A stretch of 64,000 bases of DNA, taken from assembly GCA_011959805.1 (NCBI GenBank), contig BLMC01000001.1, positions 52,968-116,967 on the forward strand, given 5' to 3'. The notes below the pieces were generated by a model. It did no database searches. It was not told the origin of the DNA and worked only from the letters and a program-made list of their open reading frames with translations. Source of the stretch: Lachnospiraceae bacterium. Lineage in GTDB: Bacteria > Bacillota > Clostridia > Lachnospirales > Lachnospiraceae. The position numbers and the translations under genes are program-made. Shown piece by piece: positions 37,660 to 47,430 of the stretch. Within the stretch, counting starts at the first letter, position 1; every line of letters starts with the position of its first letter.

Positions 37660-38934
37660 TTGAATCGTACAGTGAGAGACAGAAATAACAATCATCCAAA
37701 ACCTGTCAAGCGAATTGAGTTGTTTGAAAAGTATCCAAAAAGCAGGCTTGCAATCACGATTTTATTTTTACTTATTGGAATTGGTGCATTTGGATATGCA
37801 TTGACACAATATTTTTCAGTGGATACAGGTTGGACGACAATCGAAGCTCCCTCCTCAGAACCTAGCTGTGCGGAGGAGTTAATTTTTCAATATTATTTAG
37901 GGGCAGGTGAGCGATCTGCCACAGCAGAAAAAAAGGCAATTACCGCGTTATATACAGAGACTACAACAAAAGCATATCAGCTTTTTCATACAAGTATGTC
38001 TTTTGAAGAAGTGCATAATCTGTATTATATTAATCAGCATCCAAATCAAGAGATTGTGGTTGACCCAATGCTCTATGAGGCGTTTTCACTTATCAATCAG
38101 TATAAAAATAGAGAAATCTATTTAGCGCCAGTGTATGTCCAGTATGACAATCTATTTGGATGCAATGATGATTTGGAGACCATCGATTTTGACCCGCGAC
38201 AAAATCAAGAGATCGCTACCTATTTTTTGGAGATTCTTTCCTTTGCAAACAATTCCAATGCGATTGAGTTAGAGCTTTTGGAAGAAAATAAAATTAAATT
38301 ATTTGTTTCGGAAGCATATCTTAAATATGCCTCTGAAAATGGATTTTCGGATTTTATTGATTTTTATTGGATGAAAAATGCATTTATTGTTGACACCATT
38401 GCAAATATTATGCAGACAAATGGTTTTGTGAAAGGGTCAATTTCCAGTTATGATGGTTTTACACGAAATCTGGATACGTCTCGTGACACAGAATATGCTT
38501 TCAATATTTTTAACTTGGACAAGGAGGATAATACTGTCTATCTGGCTGGGATAATGAAATATGACTATGCGATTGGTATTGTGTTTTTGCGCAGTTATCC
38601 ATTAAATGTCTTAGACTGGCAACATTATTACGAATTTCGAGATAGAACGATTCGGACGGCGTATATTGATACGGCAGACGGATACAGCAAAAGTTCGGTT
38701 AATAACCTTATTTCGTATGCAAAGGAAGGTAGTTGCGCAGAGATTTTATTGCAAGTAATACCTGTTTTTATTGCAGATGATTTTGATATAGACCAATTGG
38801 CCTTATTAGCACAAAAAGGGATTTATTCTGTTTATTGTAAGGACAGAACAATTCTTTATAATGACGTCGATTTACATTTGGATTTATCCAACAAAGATAA
38901 AGTGCAATATGCCGCAAAATATGTAGAAAAATAA
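37660..38934 (+). CDS. Membrane-anchored divergent ApbE-like (flavin transferase fold) protein
   Basis: One N-terminal TM; INQH..EIVVDPMLY, DFYWMKNAFIVD, SISSYDG, YIDTADG resemble ApbE blocks in the expected order. Confidence 0.5.
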   Translation: MNRTVRDRNNNHPKPVKRIELFEKYPKSRLAITILFLLIGIGAFGYALTQYFSVDTGWTTIEAPSSEPSCAEELIFQYYLGAGERSATAEKKAITALYTETTTKAYQLFHTSMSFEEVHNLYYINQHPNQEIVVDPMLYEAFSLINQYKNREIYLAPVYVQYDNLFGCNDDLETIDFDPRQNQEIATYFLEILSFANNSNAIELELLEENKIKLFVSEAYLKYASENGFSDFIDFYWMKNAFIVDTIANIMQTNGFVKGSISSYDGFTRNLDTSRDTEYAFNIFNLDKEDNTVYLAGIMKYDYAIGIVFLRSYPLNVLDWQHYYEFRDRTIRTAYIDTADGYSKSSVNNLISYAKEGSCAEILLQVIPVFIADDFDIDQLALLAQKGIYSVYCKDRTILYNDVDLHLDLSNKDKVQYAAKYVEK

Positions 38935-38961
38935 CATTTGGAACATTTAGAAAGGCATCAT

Positions 38962-39474
38962 ATGAAAAAAATTATAAGGGGAATTTATGAATGGTCAAAA
39001 ATGATTTTGTTTGCGCTAATCGTTGCATTTTGGCTCAAAAATAATGTTGTTGCGAGCGCATTGGTGCCAACAGGATCAATGGAAGGAACTGTTATGACAG
39101 GAAGCAGGATTGTGATTAATCGTCTTGCATACTTATATGACAATCCACAGAGAGGGGATATTGTGTCCTTTTATTACCCTGATGATGGAGAGACTCTGTA
39201 TTTAAAACGAATTATAGGTCTTCCAGGAGAGGTGATTGAAGGAATTGATAGTAAAATATACATTGATGGTAAAGAAATACCAGATTATACAGGAAATAGA
39301 TTTTATGAGGATTTTGGGCCGTATACAATACCAGAGGGTTGTTACTTTATGATGGGGGATAATCGTAATAATTCTTGGGATTCGAGATTTTGGGACAATA
39401 AATTTGTAAATTTAGAGGATATTGTTGGCAAAGCTACGTTTGAGTATTATCCAGAAATGAAAGTGTTAAAATAA
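38962..39474 (+). CDS. lepB: Signal peptidase I
   Basis: VPTGSM, RGDIV, YLKRIIGLPGE, MGDNRNNSWDSR. Confidence 0.93.
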   Translation: MKKIIRGIYEWSKMILFALIVAFWLKNNVVASALVPTGSMEGTVMTGSRIVINRLAYLYDNPQRGDIVSFYYPDDGETLYLKRIIGLPGEVIEGIDSKIYIDGKEIPDYTGNRFYEDFGPYTIPEGCYFMMGDNRNNSWDSRFWDNKFVNLEDIVGKATFEYYPEMKVLK

Positions 39475-39477
39475 GAG

Positions 39478-39505
39478 AATCGACTGCTTTTGCGGTCGAT
39501 TTTTA
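39478..39505 (+). terminator. Terminator after lepB
   Basis: AATCGACTGC-TTTT-GCGGTCGATT followed by a T-run. Confidence 0.7.
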
Positions 39506-39561
39506 ATTAGTATATATTTTTAAATAAAGTTTGACGGATAGATTTAGGAGGAGATAAATTT

Positions 39562-40236
39562 ATGATAAAAAATATTGTCTTTGATATGGGAAATGTACTT
39601 ACGATATATAATGCCAGAGAATATATTAGTGGATATGTGAATAATGAGGAAGATTTTTGCTGGATAAAAAATCATCTCTGTACATCAGTAGAATGGCTTC
39701 AAATGGATAGAGGAACCATCACAGACGATGCGGCAATTGCTTCTATTTGTAAGAGAGTTCCAATGCATTTACATAATACTGTAGAGCGTTTTATCAAAGA
39801 ATATCGTATGATACAGCCACCCAATCCACCTATGGAGAAGCTGGTAGAGGAGTTAGTACAAAGCGGATATGACCTATATCTAATGTCTAATACTTCTCAT
39901 CGGTTTCGCGCGTTTTCTCAGTATATCAAGTCGATTACGTTTATGAAGGGGATTTGGATTTCCTGTGAACATGGACTGCTCAAGCCAGAGCCAGCAGCAT
40001 ATCTTGATTTCTTTCAGACATTCTCGTTGAAACCTGAGGAGTGCTTTTTTATTGATGACACCCCAGCTAATATTGAAGCGGCTGGAAATTTGGGAATGGA
40101 TGGCTGTGTATACTATGGAAATATTGAAGAACTTAGAATGAATTTAAAGAATAAAATAGGTCCAAGTTTTTTGATAGAGAAAATGGAAGGCGCGTTGCAA
40201 AAATATTTGATAACAGAATTGCGAAATAAAAATTAA
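39562..40236 (+). CDS. HAD-family phosphatase (YihX-like)
   Basis: IVFDMGNVL, LMSNT, KPEP, FFIDD. Confidence 0.88.
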   Translation: MIKNIVFDMGNVLTIYNAREYISGYVNNEEDFCWIKNHLCTSVEWLQMDRGTITDDAAIASICKRVPMHLHNTVERFIKEYRMIQPPNPPMEKLVEELVQSGYDLYLMSNTSHRFRAFSQYIKSITFMKGIWISCEHGLLKPEPAAYLDFFQTFSLKPEECFFIDDTPANIEAAGNLGMDGCVYYGNIEELRMNLKNKIGPSFLIEKMEGALQKYLITELRNKN

Positions 40237-40245
40237 AGAAAAGGA

Positions 40246-40310
40246 TTGACAAGACAGGTCTATAAGTATAGACTCTACTTAATGAGTCTATACTTATAGA
40301 CCTGTCTTGT
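40246..40310 (+). promoter_or_regulatory. Promoter and tandem BlaI-type operators forming a perfect 27-bp-arm palindrome
   Basis: TTGACA (40246), 17 bp, TAGACT; arms 40249-40275 and 40284-40310 each contain GTCTATAnnTATAGAC. Confidence 0.8.
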
Positions 40311-40367
40311 TGTGGTATGTGCAATAGATTTTTGATAGCTATCATGTGTAATGAAAGGAGTGGCACA

Positions 40368-40727
40368 ATGGAAAATTTAAAATTATGTGACAGTGATTAT
40401 CGTTTTATGATGGTGGTTTGGGAATCTGCACCAATTAACTCTGGGGAATTGGTACAGTTATGCAGCCAAAAGCTTGGATGGAAGAAATCCACCACATACA
40501 CACAGATTAAAAAAATGTGTGAGAAAGGGTATATTGAAAATGTACAAGCTACAGTTCACGTGCGGATTCCGAAGGAGAAAGTGCAAGCAAAGGAGAGCGT
40601 TTATTTTGTGGAGCGCACATTTGATGGTTCACTTCCACAATTTTTGACAGCATTTCTCGGCGGAAAGACAATATCAGAACAGGAGGCTGAGAGAATTAAG
40701 AAAATGATTGATGAACATATTGAATGA
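40368..40727 (+). CDS. BlaI/MecI/CopY-family repressor
   Basis: MMVVWE..LGWKKSTTYT..FDGSLPQFLTAF; AAGGAG RBS. Confidence 0.9.
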   Translation: MENLKLCDSDYRFMMVVWESAPINSGELVQLCSQKLGWKKSTTYTQIKKMCEKGYIENVQATVHVRIPKEKVQAKESVYFVERTFDGSLPQFLTAFLGGKTISEQEAERIKKMIDEHIE

Positions 40728-40742
40728 TTGGAGGGTGAGACA

Positions 40743-42821
40743 ATGCAGATGATCAATACAATGTTTTTAAATATTGTAGAACAAAGCCTGACTGCAGGAA
40801 TCATTATTCTAATTGTTATTGCTGTAAGAGTATTGTTAAAAAGTTTTCCAAAAAGTTTTGCGTATTTGCTTTGGATAGTGGTAGCTTTTCGGTTAATGAT
40901 ACCTGTTTCTATTGTATCAGAGATTAGTGTATACAATCTTTTTGACAGCGATAGAATAGGATTAAAAAATATCGATTTGGAGAAGGTTTCTAATACAAAA
41001 AATGCTGTTGCGGCAAATCAGATAGAAGTTAAAAGTTCGCAAAAAGTTATAGATAAAAACGCAATAGACAATACAGAAAATAGTTCTAGTCCCGAATATC
41101 AAAAAAATAAGTCTATACTTATAACAGAGATACTTGGCGCAGAAAAAACAATAACAAATCTACAATATAATAAATGGATAAGTGTTTTGTCGTTTTTCTG
41201 GGTAACTGGAATGCTAACATTTATGTGTTATACGTTTGTTACCTATCGAAAGATCAAGAAAAAGATTCAATTTGGAGTGCGATTGTATGGTCGTGTTTAT
41301 GAATGTGATTGTATTCGGTCACCGTTTGTGTTTGGAATGATTTTCCCTAAGATTTATTTGCCATTTCAATTGAACACAGTAGAACAACAATGCATATTGG
41401 CACATGAGGAATATCATATTAAAAGAGGAGATTATCTAATAAAAAATGTTGCGTGGCTATTGGTGTTAATTTACTGGTTTCAGCCGCTGGTGTGGGTGGC
41501 ATATCACTTGATGTGTCTTGACATGGAAATGAGCTGTGACGAGAAAATTATTGCAGGATTTGATATGAAATTGCGCAAAGAATATAGCAGATTGATGCTT
41601 GCATTTGCAACAAATAAAAGGCAATTTTTAATCAATCCTTTGGCATTTGGAGAGGGGAATACTATGAAACGAATACGAAATATATTAGAGTATAAAAAAA
41701 TTGTGCACTGGAAACTTGCAGGAGGTATCATTATAGTATTGCTAACATTAGTAGCATGTGCCACTGATGCAAAATCAGTTTCATCAGATGTAAATAGAAC
41801 CAATAATTCTGAAAACAGTATAGAAACAACACAGAGTGTATTACTAAATAATAGTGTTAAAAATATTTCTATGGAATCTAATAGGTCAAATTATTTTACG
41901 CAGAATCCCAACGAATCGGAAGACGTGATAGAGCACCGAGAGGCACAATGGGCAGAGAACACAATGCTCGATTTAGAATTTTGCTCTTTGGATTATGCGG
42001 ATTCGGATAAAATTGTGTTTCATATTTCCAGTGGACTTTTTGTATATGATTTGCAACAACAATGTATTCTTCACAGCATTGACCTAAAAGCATTGAATTG
42101 TCAGGCGGTACAGACTGGAGGAGAATGCCTTGTCACAGTATATCAAAATAATAATGGACAAATTAAAGCAGTGATTACACCGTATCCATATTCTATTGAT
42201 ACTGGTTATGTCTATGATGTTGAGAACGATAAGTTGTTTGTATATAATACAGCATTGTTAGAGGATTACACATTGTTTGACCATTTTATCTCAAAATATG
42301 ATATCAAAGATGGATTAAAAACATGGAGAATGGCAGAGAATGTTTTGCCCTTAGGGGAACATCTTTATGGAATGCTTTATTGGGATACAATAGAACTTAC
42401 TAAAATGTATTATAAAGTAGGAGAACAGAAATATCAACTTTTTTCACAAGAACAGGCAACTTTGCCAAAATGTTTGAAACAAGATGATAGTTTCTATCAA
42501 TCAATTGCTCAAAATTCTGGAACAAGTATTGACCAATGTCTGTTGGATTATCAGGGATTTTATAATATGCATGATTATGCTGGTATCTGTGCACTTTCCA
42601 CGGGAGTGGAGTATTCAGATCAAAAACAGCAGGAGTTTGCAGAGAGCACAAGCAAATTATCACTTGCTGAGGAAGTAAGTCACTCTGAAGATAAGAAAGA
42701 ATATATATTTCAGTTTTCTTACGAAGATGATTATGGAGAAGGAGAGACAAAAGTTTATATAAAACTTAATAATGTAGAAGAATTAGGCTGGCGTGTTGAG
42801 GGATTGCCAATTGCGAGATAA
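40743..42821 (+). CDS. BlaR1-like M56 metallopeptidase sensor
   Basis: YLLWIVVAFRLMIP, SPFVFG..PKIYLP, HEEYHIKRGD, WFQPLVW, DMEMSCDE. Confidence 0.88.
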   Translation: MQMINTMFLNIVEQSLTAGIIILIVIAVRVLLKSFPKSFAYLLWIVVAFRLMIPVSIVSEISVYNLFDSDRIGLKNIDLEKVSNTKNAVAANQIEVKSSQKVIDKNAIDNTENSSSPEYQKNKSILITEILGAEKTITNLQYNKWISVLSFFWVTGMLTFMCYTFVTYRKIKKKIQFGVRLYGRVYECDCIRSPFVFGMIFPKIYLPFQLNTVEQQCILAHEEYHIKRGDYLIKNVAWLLVLIYWFQPLVWVAYHLMCLDMEMSCDEKIIAGFDMKLRKEYSRLMLAFATNKRQFLINPLAFGEGNTMKRIRNILEYKKIVHWKLAGGIIIVLLTLVACATDAKSVSSDVNRTNNSENSIETTQSVLLNNSVKNISMESNRSNYFTQNPNESEDVIEHREAQWAENTMLDLEFCSLDYADSDKIVFHISSGLFVYDLQQQCILHSIDLKALNCQAVQTGGECLVTVYQNNNGQIKAVITPYPYSIDTGYVYDVENDKLFVYNTALLEDYTLFDHFISKYDIKDGLKTWRMAENVLPLGEHLYGMLYWDTIELTKMYYKVGEQKYQLFSQEQATLPKCLKQDDSFYQSIAQNSGTSIDQCLLDYQGFYNMHDYAGICALSTGVEYSDQKQQEFAESTSKLSLAEEVSHSEDKKEYIFQFSYEDDYGEGETKVYIKLNNVEELGWRVEGLPIAR

Positions 42822-42878
42822 GCACATTAGTATGTATCTTTTACACACAAAGAATTGTTTTTATTTGATTTGTACTTC

Positions 42879-42924
42879 TTGACATTTAACACAACCCATA
42901 GTATAGTGTTCCTGTTGAATACTA
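42879..42924 (+). promoter_or_regulatory. Sigma-A promoter and candidate operator of the trmB-lysA unit
   Basis: TTGACA (42879), 17 bp, TATAGT (42902); imperfect palindrome TAGTGTTC-CTGTT-GAATACTA overlapping the -10/+1 region. Confidence 0.6.
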
Positions 42925-42968
42925 CTATATTGCAACGTTGATTCTAAGAGGCTATAGAACAGAAATGG

Positions 42969-43712
42969 GTGATGGAATGTATGGATAATACTGTGTTGGG
43001 TATTTTGACAGAAAAGCTAGTGCAGTTTGGATTGACTAGGCAAGAAGCAAATATTTATTTGTGCCTACTGCAAAATAAAGATTTGTCAGGTTATGAGGTA
43101 TCTAAACTTACAGGAATATCGCGCTCTAATGTATATAGTACGCTTGCCAGCTTGGTGGAGGAAGGGGCTGCATATTTGTTGGAGGGAGAGACAAATAAAT
43201 ATACAGCAGTCCCAATAGAAGATTTCTGTGAGAACCGGATACGGCAACTCACAAGATTAAAACAAGAACTCACAGCGCAGATACCACAGATTAGCGATCG
43301 CTCGGAGGGATATATTACCATTAGCAGTCATAAACATATTGTGGATAAAATATATAATATGCTAAAACATGTTGAATATCGCGTGTATTTATCTATGCCA
43401 GAAAAGTATCTTGAGCAGTTTATACCACAGTTGGAACAGATTGCAGCGGAGGGAAAAAAGGTTGTGCTCCTTGTCAATACGACATCTGGAATTAGGATGA
43501 AAGGTTGTATTCTCTACCCGTTGGATAAGAGAGACAATCAGTTACGGTTGATTGTGGACTCTAGCTATGTTTTGACAGGAGAGATGACAGGAGACATCAC
43601 AGATAGTTGCCTATATTGCGGTCAGAGAAATTTTGTAAATGTTTTTAAGGATTCTCTTAGAAATGAGATAAAATTAATAGAATTGACGAAAGCAGATAAA
43701 AAATTACAATAA
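42969..43712 (+). CDS. TrmB-family transcriptional regulator
   Basis: FGLTRQEANIYLCLL..SGYEVSKLTGISRSNVYSTL wHTH; LIVDS effector domain. Confidence 0.85.
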   Translation: MMECMDNTVLGILTEKLVQFGLTRQEANIYLCLLQNKDLSGYEVSKLTGISRSNVYSTLASLVEEGAAYLLEGETNKYTAVPIEDFCENRIRQLTRLKQELTAQIPQISDRSEGYITISSHKHIVDKIYNMLKHVEYRVYLSMPEKYLEQFIPQLEQIAAEGKKVVLLVNTTSGIRMKGCILYPLDKRDNQLRLIVDSSYVLTGEMTGDITDSCLYCGQRNFVNVFKDSLRNEIKLIELTKADKKLQ

Positions 43713-43746
43713 ATGTGCAAATTGTGAAAGGAGAAAGATACAAACA

Positions 43747-45018
43747 ATGAAAAAAGAAACATTTGTTACAAAGGAGCAGATTGAGGAGATTGTAAAAATT
43801 TATCCGACGCCATTTCATATTTATGATGAGAAAGGAATCCGAGAGAATGCGCGTGCGTTAAAGGAAGCATTTGCATGGAATAAAGGCTTTAAGGAATTTT
43901 TTGCTGTAAAGGCAACTCCCAATCCATTTCTAATCAATATTTTACGCGAGTATGGATTTGGTTGTGATTGTTCGTCCCTCACAGAGTTAATGTTGAGTGA
44001 TGCAATAGGCGTAGAGGGAAAAGATATTATGTTTTCCTCTAATGACACGCCAGCAGAAGAATTTGCTTACGCAGCGAAACTTGGCGCCACAATTAATTTG
44101 GATGATATCACACATATTGACTTTCTGGAAAAAACAATTGGAAAACTGCCAGAAACAATTTCATGTCGTTATAATCCGGGTGGACTTTTTCAAATTACGA
44201 CAGATATTATGGATAATCCGGGAGATGCGAAGTACGGTTTTACAACAGAACAGCTTTTTGAAGGATATCGGATTTTGCAACAAAAAGGTGTTAAAAATTT
44301 TGGTATTCATGCATTCCTTGCAAGTAACACTGTCACAAACGAATATTATCCAACCCTTGCAAGGACATTGTTTGAGGTGGCTGTAAAACTTAGAAATGAG
44401 ACTGGGGCAAATATTCGATTTATAAATTTATCAGGAGGAATAGGCATTCCGTATCGACCTGATCAAGAACCAAATGATATTAAGGCAATCGGTGAAGGTG
44501 TTAGAAAAGCTTATGAGGAAGTTCTTGTGCCAGCAGGAATGGGAGATGTGGCAATTTATACAGAATTGGGGCGTTTTATGATGGGACCATATGGGCATCT
44601 AATTGTAAAGGCAATTCATGAAAAGCATACCCATAAGGAGTATGTTGGAGTAGATGCCTGTGCAGTCAATTTAATGCGCCCTGCGATGTATGGAGCATAC
44701 CATCATATTACAGTGCTTGGAAAAGAGAAGGAACCTTGTGACCATAGATATGATATAACGGGTTCCTTGTGTGAAAATAATGACAAATTTGCAATAGACA
44801 GAATGCTTCCTGAGATTGAGATAGGCGATTACATTGCAATTCATGATACAGGTGCACATGGTTTTGCAATGGGATATAATTATAATGGAAAGCTTAAGTC
44901 CGCAGAGCTTTTATTGAAGGAAGATGGAAGTGTACAGCTCATTAGACGTGCAGAGACGCCAAAAGATTACTTTGCAACGTTTGATTGCTTTGATATCTAC
45001 AAAAAACTAGGTTTTTAA
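43747..45018 (+). CDS. lysA: Diaminopimelate decarboxylase
   Basis: PTPFHIYDE, FAVKATPN (PLP Lys), INLSGGIG, ELGRF, GSLCENND, TGAHG. Confidence 0.9.
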   Translation: MKKETFVTKEQIEEIVKIYPTPFHIYDEKGIRENARALKEAFAWNKGFKEFFAVKATPNPFLINILREYGFGCDCSSLTELMLSDAIGVEGKDIMFSSNDTPAEEFAYAAKLGATINLDDITHIDFLEKTIGKLPETISCRYNPGGLFQITTDIMDNPGDAKYGFTTEQLFEGYRILQQKGVKNFGIHAFLASNTVTNEYYPTLARTLFEVAVKLRNETGANIRFINLSGGIGIPYRPDQEPNDIKAIGEGVRKAYEEVLVPAGMGDVAIYTELGRFMMGPYGHLIVKAIHEKHTHKEYVGVDACAVNLMRPAMYGAYHHITVLGKEKEPCDHRYDITGSLCENNDKFAIDRMLPEIEIGDYIAIHDTGAHGFAMGYNYNGKLKSAELLLKEDGSVQLIRRAETPKDYFATFDCFDIYKKLGF

Positions 45019-45031
45019 ATTTTCTAATTGT

Positions 45032-46033
45032 TTATTGAGCAGAATGGAGTCTAGCTGTGGAGTTGCGTACAATCAGATGAGGTCTAAGCAGCGATCTTGA
45101 GATCGGAACTTTTGCGATTAACCAGTAAAGGGCGGCATAAGAGTTGCGACCAAGGTCGATTCGATTTTGACAGACTGTAGTGAGTGCGGGAGTGATTTTT
45201 TCTGCTATGGGCAGATTATCAAAGCCTACAACACTTAATTCTTGTGGAATTTTGATGCTCAGGCGAGCGCATTCTTTAATAACGCCGACTGCGAGTAGAT
45301 CATTGCCACATATAATAGCAGTTGCCCCATTTTGGAAAAGGGTAGACAGATGATATTTTGCACTATCCTCTACATAATGGCCGTGTGCAATCAGATTTTC
45401 ATCGATTTTTAGATGATGGCCTTGCATACTGTTAATATATGCATCATATCTATTGACAGTAACCATTGAGTTTGGAGAACCATTTAGCAAGGCAATTTTT
45501 GTGTGACCTAGTTCAGTTAGATGGTCGATGGCCAAATCAATTCCCTCAAAGCTGTCGGTGCCAACATAACCAACATTTGGATTTTTTAAGATATAGTTGT
45601 CAAAAAGAACAGTTGGTATTGTAGTGGTTTTTAACTGACTCATCCATGGATCTTTTAAGGCAAAACCTATCAGAAATCCTCCGTGAAAATTATTTTTTAC
45701 CATATAGCGGTCATATGGATCGCGCAGTTGTAACAGTGGGGTAATTGGCACCACGGTAACATCCCAACTGTTGCGCACTGCTGCCTGCTTAAATCCTAGT
45801 ATAATTTCAAAACCAAAATCACCAGGCATTTCATACTCCATGTTTTCGATAAAAATACAAAGGCGTTTTCGCGTCTCTTTTTTCATACGTTTCGTGACAT
45901 ATCCCATCTCAATTGCAGTGTCCAGAACTAATTTTTTAAGTTCTGGACTAATGTCTTTTGCGTCATTCAACCCCTTAGAAACCGTACTTGGAGCGATGCC
46001 AAGCCGGTTTGCAATATCTTTTATTGTAACCAT
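45032..46033 (-). CDS. LacI-family transcriptional regulator
   Basis: MVTIKDIANRLGIAPSTVSKGLN HTH; IPQELSVVGFDN, PALTTV, LIVRNST. Confidence 0.92.
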   Translation of the reverse strand: MVTIKDIANRLGIAPSTVSKGLNDAKDISPELKKLVLDTAIEMGYVTKRMKKETRKRLCIFIENMEYEMPGDFGFEIILGFKQAAVRNSWDVTVVPITPLLQLRDPYDRYMVKNNFHGGFLIGFALKDPWMSQLKTTTIPTVLFDNYILKNPNVGYVGTDSFEGIDLAIDHLTELGHTKIALLNGSPNSMVTVNRYDAYINSMQGHHLKIDENLIAHGHYVEDSAKYHLSTLFQNGATAIICGNDLLAVGVIKECARLSIKIPQELSVVGFDNLPIAEKITPALTTVCQNRIDLGRNSYAALYWLIAKVPISRSLLRPHLIVRNSTARLHSAQ

Positions 46034-46477
46034 GATCAATACTCTCTTTCGGAAAATTCTTCTTCCGGGATACTTTTGCACATCATCAATTAAAGGAAAA
46101 TACCAGCTAAAGTTGATGCGCGTTCGATGTGATGAGTAACGTGAATTTTCCCTACTTAATTGCAATATCCCCTTATCAGTTTACATGATGTAAACATTGT
46201 TTTCAACTCTTATGACAAAAATATCCAAAAAAACTCTTTACAGGAATTCGCATAAAGTTATTTGCAAATTATAGTTTATGCGGTATAATCTTTAATAGAC
46301 AAGGATGATAGAGGTATTTTGCAGCACAAAAGGTTTTGCGCCTTTTATTAGCACAGGGCTAATAGAAATATGTTAGCGGAAGCTGATGAGCGCCCAGTGT
46401 GCGAGTACAAGAAGTCGATTCTTTGTAACTCGATTAGTGCTCAATCGCCACATAAAAAGAAAAAGGAGTACAAAAAT

Positions 46478-47329
46478 ATGGACAATGCATTTAATACACC
46501 AATACAAGTGTTGGACGCAAATATGAACGCGGGAGAAGGTAAGGTAAAGCTCCCTATATTGAAATGTATTTTGCTTGGTATTATGGCGGGCGCATTTATC
46601 GCGTTTGGTGGAGCGTCAAGCAATGCAGCAGTACATAATATTGCCAATCAGGGACTTTCTAAAACACTTGCTGGTTGTATCTTCCCTGTTGGCCTAATGA
46701 TGATTGTTTTTGTTGGAGGAGAGCTTTTTACCGGGGATTGTCTTTTGATTGCTGGAGTGATTGATAAGCGATTTAATACACTTGCAATGATTAAGACACT
46801 GGTGATTGTATTTTTTAGTAACATGGTGGGGGCAATATTGATTGCCACATTGGTATATTTTAGTGGCTTGCTCGACTATACAAATGGAGCGCTCGGTGCT
46901 TTTACTATCAAGGTAGCTTATGGAAAGGCAACAATTACACCATTTAAGGCAATCTGTTCTGGTATTCTCTGTAATATTCTTGTATGTATGGCGGTACTGA
47001 TGGCGACTGCCGCCAAGGATATTGTAGGTAAGGTGTGGGCAATTTTCTTCCCAATTTGTGCATTTGTAATTGGTGGGTGGGAACATTGCGTTGCCAATAT
47101 GTTTTATATTCCAGCAGGAATTATTGCAAGTATGAATGATACTTACGTGGCAAAGACAGAGGAGTTGTATGGCATTACCGCAAATCAGATTGCGTCGAAT
47201 TTGACCATTGGTGGTTTTGCTTCTAATCTAATTCCAGTTACGATTGGAAATATTCTTGGTGGCATGGTATTTATCGCACTTCCGCTGTATGCGATTCACA
47301 AGAGCAAGCTTGTGAATAATATGAGATAA
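46478..47329 (+). CDS. Formate/nitrite transporter (FNT family)
   Basis: LGIMAGAFI, FPVGL, GGELFTGD, GILCNILVC, EHCVANM, VTIGNILGG. Confidence 0.93.
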   Translation: MDNAFNTPIQVLDANMNAGEGKVKLPILKCILLGIMAGAFIAFGGASSNAAVHNIANQGLSKTLAGCIFPVGLMMIVFVGGELFTGDCLLIAGVIDKRFNTLAMIKTLVIVFFSNMVGAILIATLVYFSGLLDYTNGALGAFTIKVAYGKATITPFKAICSGILCNILVCMAVLMATAAKDIVGKVWAIFFPICAFVIGGWEHCVANMFYIPAGIIASMNDTYVAKTEELYGITANQIASNLTIGGFASNLIPVTIGNILGGMVFIALPLYAIHKSKLVNNMR

Positions 47330-47358
47330 TACAAGATTTATTATGGCAGTTTACAATC

Positions 47359-47392
47359 AGAAATCGGGCAGGAAAACCTGCTCGATTTCTTA
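47359..47392 (+). terminator. Hairpin after the FNT gene
   Basis: AGAAATCGGGCAGG-AAAA-CCTGCTCGATTTCT. Confidence 0.6.
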
Positions 47393-47430
47393 TGCACATA
47401 GATATTTGAATCAATTTAAGGAGTGAAAAA

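Noticed and set aside
46320-46470. ZMP/ZTP (pfl) riboswitch before the formate channel
   Set aside because: The conserved GACTGGCG and CGCCTGGGC segments are absent.
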